DNA from: Penicillus capitatus
Lineage: Eukaryota; Plantae; Chlorophyta
Direction of reading: 5' to 3'
DNA length: 64,000 nucleotides
Assembly (NCBI GenBank): GCA_965649825.1
Contig: OZ287697.1
Location: forward strand, 1,846,351 to 1,910,350
Shown: piece after piece, positions 1-12,837 of the stretch
Position numbering within the stretch: position 1 is the first letter of the stretch
Layout: every line of letters begins with the position of its first letter
Notes under the pieces: model-generated
What the model saw: only the letters and a program-made list of their open reading frames with translations
What the model was told of the DNA's origin: nothing
The model's database searches: none
Made by a program: the position numbers and the translations under genes

Positions 1-281
1 GGTCAGCGATTTGGTTTCGAGCACAACCTAAGTGCGGGTACCGAGCACCGTTCATGGAGAGGTCTGTTTGCCACCTTTGTCATTTGATCGATGTCGACTA
101 GGTATTCTTGAGTGAGGGGATCGTCGCGGTGGATCCAGAGAGCTGCTGCCGAAGCGTGACATGCTTGTGCAATGATGCTGCCGAGAGGCCAGTTCTGTTC
201 CGTCCACAAATCGCGACGCACAACAACGTACTGCACGACGGGATCATCGGACACTCCGAGCGTGGCTGCATCGCCAGACAT
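1..281 (-). CDS. PTRHD1: Peptidyl-tRNA hydrolase PTRHD1-like (PTH2 superfamily), 3' end runs off the window
   Basis: VVQYVVVRRDLW...WPLGSIIAQACHASAAAL...QMTK, then a 47-nt GT-AG intron (28..74) restores KVVLE. ATG at 281; the frame is open to 356. Confidence 0.85.
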
Positions 282-480
282 CGCACGAAACGACGCTGGA
301 CGCCGTGTAGCTGTCACCGGCAGAAGAGAAGGGCGACAAACGTACGAACGCCACATTTCATTAACGGTCCAGATCTAAGCGCGTCAAATGGACAGTCTTC
401 ACCGAAGGAGCTGTAGACGTGGATGCGTACTGAGCGGCTCACATCGCGCCTGCACCGTCGACGCTTTGTTCGGACTTCGG

Positions 481-840
481 TTAGAATACGTCTGCGGTGT
501 ACGAATGGAGTGAGCGATTGTGTGAGAGCTCAGGGATGACACCATGCGATGTGCACGACATACCTCTGGAAGCTCCTGGAAGAGAAGTTCTGCTGTCCGT
601 GTGTCCAGCATAGCAGAGAAGACGATCTACTCTGTGAGAATCCGGAACAATGGAGATCATATTTGACGTTGAACTCAGTTGATAGGATGGCTCTGCAACA
701 GAATGCAATTGATACCTGTGCACGGATGATGTGACAGCTAATGCCCGTAATCGAGCATCTCCTGCACGATGGATTCAGCGAATCTGCTGGTGTCTTGATA
801 TAAATCAGATCGAGCTCTGTGAAGCTAGCTAAGTACTGGA
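481..840 (-). CDS. Possible spliced hypothetical protein, 5' end unresolved
   Basis: GT-AG introns of about 52 and 72 nt can join the ORF pieces into SFTELDLIYIKTPADSLNPSYQLHSV...GASRDVF*. No family recognised. Confidence 0.25.
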
Positions 841-1278
841 CACGTTGTCTCACCCTTCGTGTTTTTCAGTAGATGTACGGGGACGGTTCAAGCCAACATG
901 TAGGAAGGCAGCAATGCGTATAACCTACCTGCCTACCTGAAAGTAATGACAAATCGGTTCTGGAGCCTGTTGCTAACTGCAGTGGGCCTTCATCCTATGA
1001 TGGCGTTCATGCTAATCCTGTTTCGCATGATACTACTGGCTGAATACCGTCGATAGTCAGCCATTCAACTTGGCTGAGCGATTTCTGTGCATAGGTCTCT
1101 CGACTGAACGCGATTTGTTTCTCTCTGCAATCTAGGCACTGTCGTGTTCCACATCGATCTACCTCTGGTCCGACAGGAAGACGCATAGAAGAACGTCTCT
1201 TACAGACGTCTGCTTGACAGTGGTGATGACGTCGTATCAGAGTAGACACGTCAAATCCGTCGCGATCGGCGTTTCCAG

Positions 1279-4200
1279 ATGATGGCGAAAACGTCTATTG
1301 AACCATTTTCATCTGCGAACATCACTGCGAAGTTTTGGCAAAGGCAGGCGCGTCTGTCGATAACTCTGCGCACAAACGACGACGTTTTTCTGCGTAGACC
1401 AGGAAACGAGACCATGCAGTCACCGGCCTCAGACGTCGGTCCCAGCGACGGAGGGCCATCCACACCGACAGTCCGTCGGCAGCTCGCTCGCTTCCCTTCG
1501 ACTGTCGGAGAAACCGACAAACCGAGACTCTTGCGAGCTGCCGTAAAGAGGAACAACATTAACGACCTGAAAGCACTGCTCACAACGTATAATGCGACGA
1601 CGGTTGCAGGAGAACGCGCCGTCCTGTTTGAATGGATCCGCAGCTTCTGCGAGCACGCCGCTGAAAATCTGACGGCCGAGAATGTCCTCGACTACTCAGA
1701 GATGACTAAAATCATCGTTCGCTTCGAGGAAGAAAAAGATGTTCTGAAGAAACTCGTCACAGATACCTGCTCCACTCTTTCTCAAGGAGAATTCCTCGGA
1801 AAGAACTACGCCACTGCCCTGTGCAGATCACTCATCTATGTCCGTCCTGCAGTTTACGGTGGAGGTGCACAATTGGCGGTTGTGGCAACGAAGCTTCTGG
1901 ACAGTCTCTGTGGAAGGCCGAAGCTTACGAGGGACAATTTTGCTGAGTATGAACCCACTTTTCTCGCACTTAGACAAACCTTCTTTCAGCTCCACGAAAG
2001 TTATCAAAACAGGACTCACGAAAAGGAGAAGCAAGAACTCCGCATGGCCATTGCGGAAAAGGAGAGACTTCTTGAACTGTCGTGCGATTATTACCCAGTC
2101 AGGTTTCACTTTAAAGTGCTTCGTCAAGCAGTGGAACGCCTTGAGGTCGAAGACGCTCCTGTACACCTCGTACAAGCGAAATATATCGAATGTGGACTGT
2201 GGATGTTTCTGTACGCCTGCCACATTTTCAGAAACCTTGTACGATGCGACGTCAATCCCGAATCCTTAATGGCCGCATACAAGAATGCCCGAGAGGCCTT
2301 TGATACTATGGGCGTGAAGCGAAGAGAGTGGTACGATCTGCTCCGGGAAGTGATGGTAGCAAGAGATTGGGCACTCGGAGGAGAAGCAAAATTTGAACCC
2401 TTTGAGAACGCATGCAATGTGGCGGTGCAAAAGCAACACGAGTTGGCACCAAAGACTGATCAAAAGGCTCTGCGATACGGAGTCATCCAAGAAATAAAAC
2501 TATTGGCAATTTGGAGTTCGAACGAAGATGTGCGTGAAGCGGCCACCAAGAAGCTAATAGAGCTGACGAGAGGCCAAGACACCCTCGAAGGGTGGTTCGA
2601 TGACGCAGATGTCCTCCATGCGTTCCTAGATACTGCATACGAGCTCTATGCAACGGGACAAAGCAACCAAGAGATCGTCGAAGCAATCCGAGAACTACAG
2701 CAATCTTGCAAGAGTCCGGGAAAGGAAGCTTTGAGTACTTGGCTCGGTGGTGCTACCATCGAAGACAAGCTACGACCGCGACGGCGTCGAGTGACGACGA
2801 AGGAAGGTGAGGACTTGTTCACCAAGAGTGGTAGAGATGTCGGATACGTGCCCGTGGGAACGATCCGTTCTAACGTCAAAGATCTCAAAGAAGCGTACAA
2901 ACACGAGGAATTTGCAAAAGTGAGCGTCTGTTCGGTATCGGTTTGTTTGGACGAGAATGGTGTTCGTTTTCAAGGTGTCTTCATTGTTTGAGCAAAGCAG
3001 CCGTAGACACGTGAAAGATATGGCGCATTACATCGTCATGTATGAAGAAATCGTCGATCAGGGAAAGACCGATGACGATGAAGCATCGGGACACACGCAA
3101 AGAGGAGGCGGGGGAGAGGGAAGCTTCGCTAACGATGGAAATGATCATTCGAAAGAACATTACGAACAGAAGAGGAAAGTCAGAAGGCCCGTTCCCATAG
3201 CAGACTTCTTCAAACCAAGATCTTTTGAAAAGGGTACCCCTAAGAAAGAAATCCGAAAGGTGCTTCTCTATGGCAACCCCGGCTCGGGAAAGACGTGCGT
3301 CAGCAAGCTCATCGCACACAGATGGGCACTGGGAGAAATAATGCAAGAGTTCAAAACTGTTTACTTGGTCCCGTTCAGAGAACTTAATGCAAAGTTAAGA
3401 GGCTTACAAGGTGGAACACTAGAAGACGTAGTTGCGAACATGTGCTTCAAGAAAGCGAGCAATAATGGACTCAAAGATTCGAGGACCCAAGTCAAGGACG
3501 ACTTGGCCGAGTCTACTACATTGTTGATCTTTGACGGTTTGGACGAAGCCGGTGACGAGGCGAGAGACCTCCTTCTCGAGGCGGAGAAGCATCAGTGCAA
3601 GCTTCTCGTACTGACGCGACCATACAATTTGCGAGAGATTCAAACGAGGATGGACTTTAAAGTGGAGTGCATTGGATTCAATGACCGACAGCTAGAGGAA
3701 TTTATAAACGGAGAATTGCTCAAGGATAAAGCTGTGAAGCTCATAGAGTCATTGCAACAAAATCGCGCCCTGTGGGAAATGGCGTGTATTCCGGTGACGG
3801 CCTGTATCCTCTGCTCCTTCGCAAAAAACCAAGAAGCAGTTGCTCAAGGCCAAAGAAATCTAATAAGCATGTATCAAATGTACAACGGCATGACAGATTT
3901 CGTTTGGAAGAGGTTTGAAGAAAAGCCCGAAGCGGGCAAGGCAAAGAAGAAAGACATTTTCGATGACCTTGAGAAGATCGCTTACGAGGCCCTTCGTGCC
4001 GGACAGATACTCATCGAAGAGAGAATTGTCCAACATCATGCGACAACGACAAATGCGCCGACGTTTTTCAAAAACAGCGGCTTCCTCTTGCTCAAGCTCG
4101 AAGGTCAAGAGTATCAATTTCCTCATTTGACTTTCCAAGAGTATTTTGCCGCACGATACGTTGCAAGATGCTTAAGAGAAAAAGTACCAAATGAGGAAAA

Positions 4201-6502
4201 GAAAGTCCGAGACTTCATTGACCGCGGAAAGTATGACGAGAAGAACGCTTTGACGATGTCTTTCACAATGCACGCAATCGCAGCTGATGGCCAAGACGTC
4301 GATGCATTGCACGACATACTCTCAATTTTCGATGGTCAATCCGTCGAGGTTCTCGGGATGCAACACTTTTTCCTAAGAATGCGAGCACTCGAGGCAACTC
4401 TGGAAGAGGCGAGAGGAAGAGACGTTTTAGATCTTTTACTTAGAGACGAGAAAGCAAATAAGATCGCCGAAGGTGCTCGCCATCTCGTAAAGAGCACCGT
4501 CGACAATGCCGCAATTCGCGAAATTGTGGTCGAGAACCTTGAACGGTGCCTTCGCGTTTTGGAATACTTTCCTAAAATCCTCAAGGACACAGTAGAGAAA
4601 ACGAAGGAAGAATTAGTGAGCGATAAAAGCTTGCAAGAAAATGACACCAGCAGAATCCAGTACGTGTTGAAGCTCGCAAAGCACTCGGATACACACATTA
4701 ACGACATCGTTCAAGATTTGTCGCACGAGATGAACAAAGTCGAAGATAGGGATTCCGCAAAAGACATTATCTGGAGGTTGGGGCTTGTCGCAGAAGAGGC
4801 GCCATACGTCGCGGGGAAGTTGGTGCCGGTGCTCAAAAAAGGATGCGATGACGTACACGCTAATGTGCGCGAGAGTGCAATGGTGTGCATCGGGAAGCTT
4901 GCCATGGTGGCGCCTCACCTTGCAAACAGCTTGTTGCCTATGTTGATGAAGGGTAGCAACGACAAGAGTCTTCAAGTTCGTAAAGCTCTGCCGGAGGCCA
5001 TCGGACGATTCGTCAAGGAGGCACCACACCTTGCGGCCGACTTGATTCCGATGTTGGAAACGTTGTATGACGACGAAAGCCAACGAGTACGCAGGAACAT
5101 AATGGATGCAATTGCCGGAATCACAGAGGCGCTGCCGCAGTTTGTTGACAAAGTGCTGCCGCTACTGAAGAAAGGTTGCAACGATGGGAATCATCAGGTG
5201 CGCGTGAGTGCAATGAAGACTATCGCGAAAGTGACCGGGACATCGACCAACCCCGAAGACGAACTGCTATCGCTGTTGGAGACAGGATGCAGTGATGAAC
5301 ACTACTGGGTCCGAACGAATGTCATGGAATCCATTAAGGCGCTCGACTTCAGTGGGTCGCCGCACATCGCCGAGAAGTTTGTGCCGATGGTTGAGAAAGG
5401 ATACAAAGACAAAGACACCGACGTGCGTAAAAATGCAATGGAGGCAATCGGGACGATTATCGGTGGATCCCCACGCCTCGGCAAAGACGACCTCCTCAAG
5501 ATGCTTAAAGAAGGGTGCCTGGATAATGACCCTGAAGTGTCCAAGAGTGCTGTGGATACTATTGGAGCGGTCATCGAGAAGTCGTCAGACCTCGTGACTG
5601 TGTTACTCGACACGTTGAAACGAGCGTGCGCCCACGAACAATACTTGGTTCGTGCAAATGCGATGAACACTATCGGGAAAGTTGTTTGGGCCTTGCCGCA
5701 TCTCGTCGACCTCCTGTTGTCGATGTTGAATGATGGGTGGATAGAAGATAACACTTGGGTTCGTGCGAATGCGATGGAGGCTATCGGCAAAGTCGTGAAA
5801 GCATTCCCATTCCGCGCGCGTGCATTGTTGCCAATGGTCATGACGGGATGTGACAGAGACGAACCCGAAGTGCGTAGGAGCGCGTTGGAGGCCGTCGGGA
5901 TGATCGCATATGCAGCACCAGACCTTGTGGACGAATTGGTGCCATTGCTAGAGACACATAGCGCTGACACGGACGTCCAGGTCCGTAAGAATGTGATCGG
6001 GGCCGTTGGGATAATCATTGGCGTATCAAAGCCCCACGCAGAAAATATGTCACGGATGCTAGAGACTTTGAGCGCCGACATCGACGTTCGCGTTCGCACG
6101 AATGTGATAGAGGCTATCGGAGAGGTTATCGAAAAGATGCCGCAATTTGCGGATAAACTATTGGCAATGGTTGCAAGAAGGTGCAGCGACGCGGACTTCA
6201 AGGTGTGCGACATCGCAAGGAAAATACTGGACGGCTTAGAACCCAAAAAGGTCATTTTTGTCACAATGCAGTTCCTCCGTGAACATGAAAAGGGTCATGC
6301 ATTGATCTTTGTGAGATATCCGATTACTTTGGATCGCCCAACTACGGGGAACGAAGCGTTCTTTGTTTTGCACACAACATCATCTCAGGAAATCTGGAAA
6401 TCGGACAAGGCTGTCATCGACGAGTACATTAAATCTCTTAAGAGGGAGTTTGAGGACAACTTTCCCGGGTTGCTTGAGCATTTCAACACTGAAGTTGAAT
6501 AG
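1279..6502 (+). CDS. NLR-like STAND protein: helical N-terminal domain + NACHT NTPase + about 13 HEAT repeats; join(1279..2919,2975..6502), about 1722 aa
   Basis: A 55-nt phase-0 intron (GTGAGC...TTTCAAG, 2920..2974) joins the two long ORFs (HEEFAK|VSSLFE). Walker A GNPGSGKT (3272..3295), Walker B LLIFDGLDE (3521..3547), FPHLTFQEYFAARY winged-helix motif, C-terminal repeats of about 39 aa of type LxxGCxDxxxxVRxxAMEAIG. Confidence 0.92.
4805..6230 (+). repeat. About 13 diverged HEAT repeats of roughly 39 aa (coding)
   Basis: Periodic VR motif: ANVRES, LQVRKA, QRVRRN, HQVRVS, YWVRTN, TDVRKN, PEVSKS, YLVRAN, TWVRAN, PEVRRS, VQVRKN, VRVRTN, FKVCDI. Confidence 0.85.
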
Positions 6503-9246
6503 ATGAAACACATTCATTTGGCATTTGCACAATTCAAGATGTGTGTGGATTCGATCCACACTTTACCTTCAGTAAACTCTGTCTTACACTAGTCTCATGG
6601 TCGCTTGCTGTTGTTCTTTTTTGTGTTGGCTTGTTGAAAAGGTTTAACAACACTTACCTTGCCATCCTGTGTCCTGCGAATTAAATCAAGGTGAATGAAT
6701 GCCTCGTTTGGCATGTGACACTACGGGGTTGAATGTAGTCGAACTGAATTTAAACAGAGATGGGTGCCTTGTTTGATGTGTCATTCATACCGCGGATTTA
6801 ATGCGGACCAGCAAAATCCGTAGTCCCTCCCTATCTAGGACACATAAACCAAGCCGTCACTTTTGGGCACGTCGGAAGGAACTGATGCAGCGTAAAACGC
6901 CTAGGCATCATCAACTCTAAGAAGGTGCAAACAACGAAAAATGAACCTAAGCAACGGTCACTCGGAGAGGTGCCGCGCTTAACGAACAATGCAGCTGAAG
7001 GCTTTACGTTCACAGAGCAGGGTTGTTTAGTGTTTGGGTGCGCCCATTTATACACGGAATGTGACACGACTTCACAGGTCAGGTGAGTCATCCAACGCTC
7101 CGAACCAGAGGAAAGTGTCCCCGACAAGACGTCGAGTGCCTCTTCAACGATAGAACCCTGAAAAACGAGGCATATGATGTGACTTCCACGCAAGAGCGTG
7201 ACAGCGACTAAAGTCAATTTCATCACACAGTCGAATCTCAACATTACTCCTCTTGCAACTAGTGCCCTTCAATAACTAGAAGATAACAGAGGGAACCGAT
7301 TTCGTTCAAGTCTGACGAAACTTGTATTTCTGGTTTCTACATACTGTGAAGTGGGCACAGTGCGAGAAAGAAGGAGAACATTGGAACGCAAGTATCAACA
7401 ATCAAAAGTCAGACAACGACGTTCTTCTCATCACGTTATTAACTATCACATCAATTAGTATCCCGTTCCCAACAATACCGAGGGAAATTACATTGTGTTC
7501 GTCAATTGGTTTTCAGAGGGACACATAAACCACTTCTCAATCGATCGTTGTACTATTGTTTCGGTTTCAATCGTACACTCAACGTATCGTACGGCCCGAA
7601 TGGCAATGGTATTCTCCGGGTTGCTCACATCCAGAGACGACATAGCAACGCTAAGAGCTCAAGCTCCGCAGACGAAGAAATGGTTGTGTCGGGAATCGAT
7701 ATAACGACGTTAGAAACTCATCTCAAGTTGGATTTACACAAACGACAACGATAAAACACGCTCAGGATGTACACACAAGAACACGAGATAATTCACACGA
7801 GAGTATCGCGTTAAAATGCCCATGATGGTCGTGTTATCCTAACCTTTACCCCTAATAGTTAGGAAATACAAAGCGAGTTCGTCGGCAACCGTCCTACTGT
7901 CACCGTGAAGTTGTCGCATGGCTGTCCCCCGTTGCTCTTTTTGGCTCCGAGGGGCCTGGGTGGTTGTTGCATCTGTCACGGTTCGCGATGGTTGTCTGCG
8001 GCGATTAAGGTAACTAACCTCCTACGAATTGTCTTCGTATATCGTTCATTCGGCATCTACGTCGTCGTCCTTACCCACCCCAGGCGCCGAAAGGATAGGA
8101 GTTTGTCGTTTGCGAGCATGCAATGACACACGTTGTTAATGTTTCCGCCGTTAAAGCGTTCTCTACTTGATTTGGTGCCACCATGTACGTGCACGCAGGC
8201 GAGACACGCGTCCAAGTCTTCATTCGCCAATGCATCACCTATTTTCGTCACACCTATGGCATTTGGCGACTTTCATGTCCATTGGCCGCTTGTGCTTAGA
8301 GTACCTCTATCGTTGTAGAGCGATCTTCGACGATGCGTCTTAGCCAATTATGCAATGAATGGCAGTAACGCCTCTCTCACTCTTTTGGCAGCGACAGATT
8401 TACGAGTCGTTTCTGACTACGGCTCTCAAAACGTATGCCTCAAAACTCATCAAGAATCGAAATCCACCGAACCCTTTCGGTTCTGAAAGGGTGGATTGTG
8501 AATTTTTTCAGGCATTTATTTTTTCCGTTTTTCGCGATAAATGCATCCTGTCATTGTCGCCTAACAAACTTCTCGACATCGTGCTGTCTGTGATAAACTC
8601 CCAGCTTCTCTTAGAATACACGATGCGACAATCACTCAGATAGTAGTGGATCTATCTTCATCGTTGCCTCCGAGTTTGACGTTCAGCAGGTGTATGATCT
8701 GTGCGCGGTTTCAGCCAGAAGGCTTTGCCTGTCCATGGTGGCATCATCTAGTTCGGCAACACCAAAGACAGACTCCGTAGCGTCAACCATCGAACACGCA
8801 GTTTGAAACGACAGTATTCGCCAAGATACAACTGTTCCCGTACAGAGCCGCACATGACAAAAGAACGAGGCGACGTGCGCTTACCGAATAGGAAGCCGCT
8901 TGTTCGTTCGGTCGCGGACAAGTGCGATTGGTCCCTACACGTGAAGGCAGAAGACGCCACCTTCAGTGCCTTCGACGAGACCAACGCCGACAAACTGAGT
9001 GTACAGCGACGAATGAAAGCTCATATAGGTTGAGTTACAGCAGTTGATTTCCGTCAAATAATACCAGGCATGAAACATCCATGCCTGTAAAACAATCATC
9101 TTGATGTCGTCTTCCACAAATCCCGGTTCAGAGCTAGAATTGAAAATGAACGACAACGGTTGATGGGTAAGCAGCGCAAAAAGCAGCAACAAGGATGACG
9201 ACACTCCTTCCTTGTTCCATGAGCACGTCACATCAGAGAACAGCAT

Positions 9247-9930
9247 TTAGCAGACACCTCCATCCTCTGCCAGCGTACCGTTGTTCTGTTTAATGATCTA
9301 CAAACGTGAAGACATGCTGGTTGCATTGTAAAATGAATGGACCTTACGTCTTTGACAATCTTGTTGACTGCCATATCGTATGGCAGTGTTCCATTGCACT
9401 TTCTGCAGATGTCCGCCCCGTTCTCGACCAAATGGATGACAACGCCAGCACAGTTTGGATCATCTGCGGATGCGGCCACACACATTGGAGTGTATCCATC
9501 ATCGTTTTCGAGTTCGACGTCGGCATCGGCCTCCATGAATACCTAAACACGACAGTTCTTGTTCTACAGACTGAAAAACGAGATGAAGATAGCACGTATG
9601 CCATGGGTGGAATGCACGATGCTGCGGCATCGTGTAGCGGCGTGTTATTCTTTGCGTCCAGCACATTGACTGAACAGTTCGGCGGTGTGGCGAGCATCAA
9701 ATTGGCGTAGGCCACGGACTCTTCGTATAATGCGGTCACATGGAGCAGCGTTTTTGTTTGTCACCGGCACGCGGTCTGGGTCGCACGTACAGTTGCAAAT
9801 ATTGGGCGTCCCTTTCTCAATGGCGCGTCTGAGCTTTCATTCGTCACGCTTGACTGCAGCTCTGCAGAGATTTGCTGGGCAGGTATCGGGATTGTCGGCG
9901 TTGGGCATAGAAGATGGCCTAAAGCCCGCC
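9247..9930 (-). pseudogene. Ankyrin-repeat protein, probably disrupted
   Basis: Ankyrin motifs TLLHVTA, NNTPLHDAA, NDDGYTPMCVAA, HLVENGAD; two short GT-AG introns can be placed. The 5' part has an in-frame TGA (AAVKRDE*KLRRAIEKG) and an apparent frameshift before TLLH. Confidence 0.65.
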
Positions 9931-11214
9931 GAGACTACGGCAGGCTAACTCCTGGCAGATGCTCTCGAACTAGGATGACTTACCGCAGCTCGTTCCCACA
10001 ATGAGGAAAAGAACCAATGCAGAGATGCGCACAGAAGACATTCTTGAATTGTTCTAGTCACGAAGAACGTCGTCTGGCTTGTATCGCACGTCCGTCGAGT
10101 AAGGGTGCAGGTGGGAAGCGTGCGGTCTTTATGCGCCGAACTGAACCGTAGAGAGCTGACGTCACGATAACAAATGGAGCAAAGATGAACTTCGCATCTC
10201 GTCAGAACGAGCACGGCACGCGTGTCGAATGGATCAACGCCAAAAATATAACTGCCACGCGAATCTCATGCTCTATTCTGAAAGTCGTCGTCGTCTTCGA
10301 ATCGTCGACGCTGTTTCGTTAGATCGCGTTTTATAAATGGCAACAGAAGATATCTACAGAGTCAAAGGATTGACGGTTATCAATATCTGCACTCTGCAGT
10401 CTGAAATTCAGAATGCATGTCATACCACGAGGCACTCCTTCTTCAGCTAGTCTGCGTTAACCACCTTGCGATAATTGGTTTGCCTTATCATACACCCGAG
10501 GTTGCTTAATTCGGCGACGCCGTTAGTGTAATATCCGCCGTCAAGAAACAACAGAAATGCACCTTGTGTCTCCACCGAGAGCACCAATACCGCTAGAATC
10601 GCGCTGTGTTCGGCACTTCACATATCTAACTTCCCATTCCGAATGTACAAAAACGATCCCATCGTCTGCTCCAACGACCGACAGCATCGATATCAAGGCT
10701 AGCGGACCTAGCCAGCAAACAGCAACTGAAAGATCTCGTGTTCGACCGCCTTGGTATCGGCGTGGTCTGATGACGATCGTTGCAGAAAACTTAACTGCGG
10801 AATCTCCAAAACTGCCCAGTCCGCTTTGATTTGGTCTTCGAGACGACCCATTACGACAGTGTCGCATCGACGTCCTGTAAAAATGCTGACTCTCTGTGTC
10901 GAGAAAGAGAATCGAGCAAAGACTTCTTTGCTCAAAATACCTTGCTTGAAGGGCAGAGACACTTCTCAGAAGAATAGAGTTACAAAGAAATAGTGTCAGA
11001 CGCAATGATTTGCGAGAGGTGCTGTTGTCACTCACACACATTCCATTGGTCAATAGCGGTGACAGTCAGATTCTAACAGCCTTACTTAAATGATCAGCAG
11101 GACGCTGCGTACAGAGAGCTGTCCAATGCGTCCGGATAGATAGAAATCACTAATAGAGACCAACGAGGGACCTTCATGTCGGTCTTTCTTTCACTCTTTG
11201 TTCAAGGGTATCTG

Positions 11215-12837
11215 TCACATCGTTCTGAAGGATCTCAGACACAAGAACCTGCTGAATAGCATTCGTTCTTCGCCTTCTTCCAGCTTCGGTGACGCGATCG
11301 CCAGATGTCTGAGTCGAGGAAATGTGCCGTAACCGAAGAGGCCAAGAACATCGAAGTTCGATCCGCAGTGGAGCCTGAGTTCCTCAAGCTGCGTCAACAA
11401 AACAAACTGCAAGCGGAAATCAGCCATTTGAGCTCGTAAAGACGTGCTCCAGAAGGAGAGACTCGTTAGCTTGGGCAGCGAGGCGAGAGATTGGAAGAAT
11501 TCGACATCTACAGCGTTTGTCGTTGTCAGACTCAACCGTCTCAGATTTTTCAGACGGGAAAGGATGTGATTTGGCAGCACGGATGGGTGATAGCGGCCCA
11601 GAGACAGCTCTTCTAGCTTGGTCATCTTTTCGAGTGCGTTGCTCGGATCCCCTGACGGCACTGGCAAACTGTCCAGAGACAGACAGACCAGTTTGCTGAG
11701 AGGATCGACGCCTCCGTTGATCGCAATTCCACCGAGCGCCAAGGATGTCAGGCCTGTCAAATGCCAACCGCAGACGGATGCCTGTCTGTACCATTGGCAG
11801 GGGGAGATGGTCAGACGAAGCGACTTCAGATTTGTCAGAAAACAGAAAGAGTCATCGTCGATCTTCAGACTGTTCTTGTAGCAACTGACTTCCAGAGAGA
11901 GGTCTCTCAGGCTGGCGATCGATACGATGTTGCGGATGAGCCAGTAGATGGATCGCGGTGACTGCTTTCGCGGAAGCGATACGTTGAGCACTTCGAGTTG
12001 GCAGAAGCGTGACAGAGGTGTCCACCACGTCGTGGGCAAATAGATCGGCGTCAGATGCAGACTCAGAGAGCGGACAACAGTGTCGGCGTAGTGGGCAACA
12101 TCCTGAAAAGACAGAAAAGCGGTTGATGAAAGGGAAGTGCGTCATGAACGACATCTCACATCGAGCACGGATACGCATTGGGGACCCGAGTCTTTCACTG
12201 TCAGCTTGGTCAGTGCCGTCGAGGGAAACATGATCTGATCGCTGCTGTTTTTGAGCAAGGAGCCAGGGAGACTGAGTTCGCTGAGGCGTTGGAGTTCGGT
12301 GAAAGGAGACCACGACAACCGATGGACGTCTGGTGCCAGTGTGACGTCCAGTTTTTTCAGTCCTGTCAGATACAACAGCGCACTGCGGAAATTCTCGTAC
12401 AGTGCCGGCAGAAGATGCACTCCGAGAGACTGCAGCCGAGTGTACGATTCACTCTGAGCGCGTTTCAGGCCATCTTGTGTTCCACGGGCGAAGTAGTCAA
12501 GTCGTTCCAGGTGGGTCACTGAGGTTAGACTGGCCAGCTGTCGAGCGATGCCGTGGTTTTCAGATGGAAAACGGATAGTGCAAGAGAGTTCGACGGCATT
12601 GGGAAAGGCGGCCAGTACGTGGCGGACCTGTTCGGGTGGCACTTGTCGGAGCTTGACGGGCAGTGTCCTGCACACTGCATTCCATTGTCGACATACGCGG
12701 CGGCACTCGTGCAGACCGTCACCGATCAGATGACCGAGTACTCTGTGGAGGAACCAGTCCTCACCGAGAAGGAGGCTGATGCCATTCGGGAGAATGGACT
12801 CCGATCGCGTTTCGCCGGAGAAGGTCCGTTTTGCCAT
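11215..12837 (-). CDS. F-box-like/leucine-rich-repeat protein; join(12837..12160,12102..11215), about 521 aa
   Basis: N-terminal WFLHRVLGHL...LHECRRVCRQWNAVC (F-box-like); repeated LxxLxxLxLxL (LTNLKSLRL, MTKLEELSL, LKNLRRLSL, LPKLTSLSF); 57-nt phase-0 intron 12103..12159. The track start at 12861 is TTG; the first ATG is 12837. Confidence 0.8.

Noticed and set aside
5302-6264. 320-aa antisense ORF over the HEAT repeats; similar antisense ORFs over TMCO4 (26609..27316) and VPS53 (49355..50185)
   Set aside because: Shadow ORFs opposite well-supported genes, with no recognisable domain.
6543-6561. 8-bp-stem hairpin just after the NACHT-HEAT stop, resembling a bacterial terminator
   Set aside because: Short stem with only three following Ts, in a spliced eukaryotic gene; compatible with chance.
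7838-7863. cctaacctttacccctaa...gttagg, vaguely telomere-like
   Set aside because: Too short and degenerate to call an interstitial telomeric repeat.
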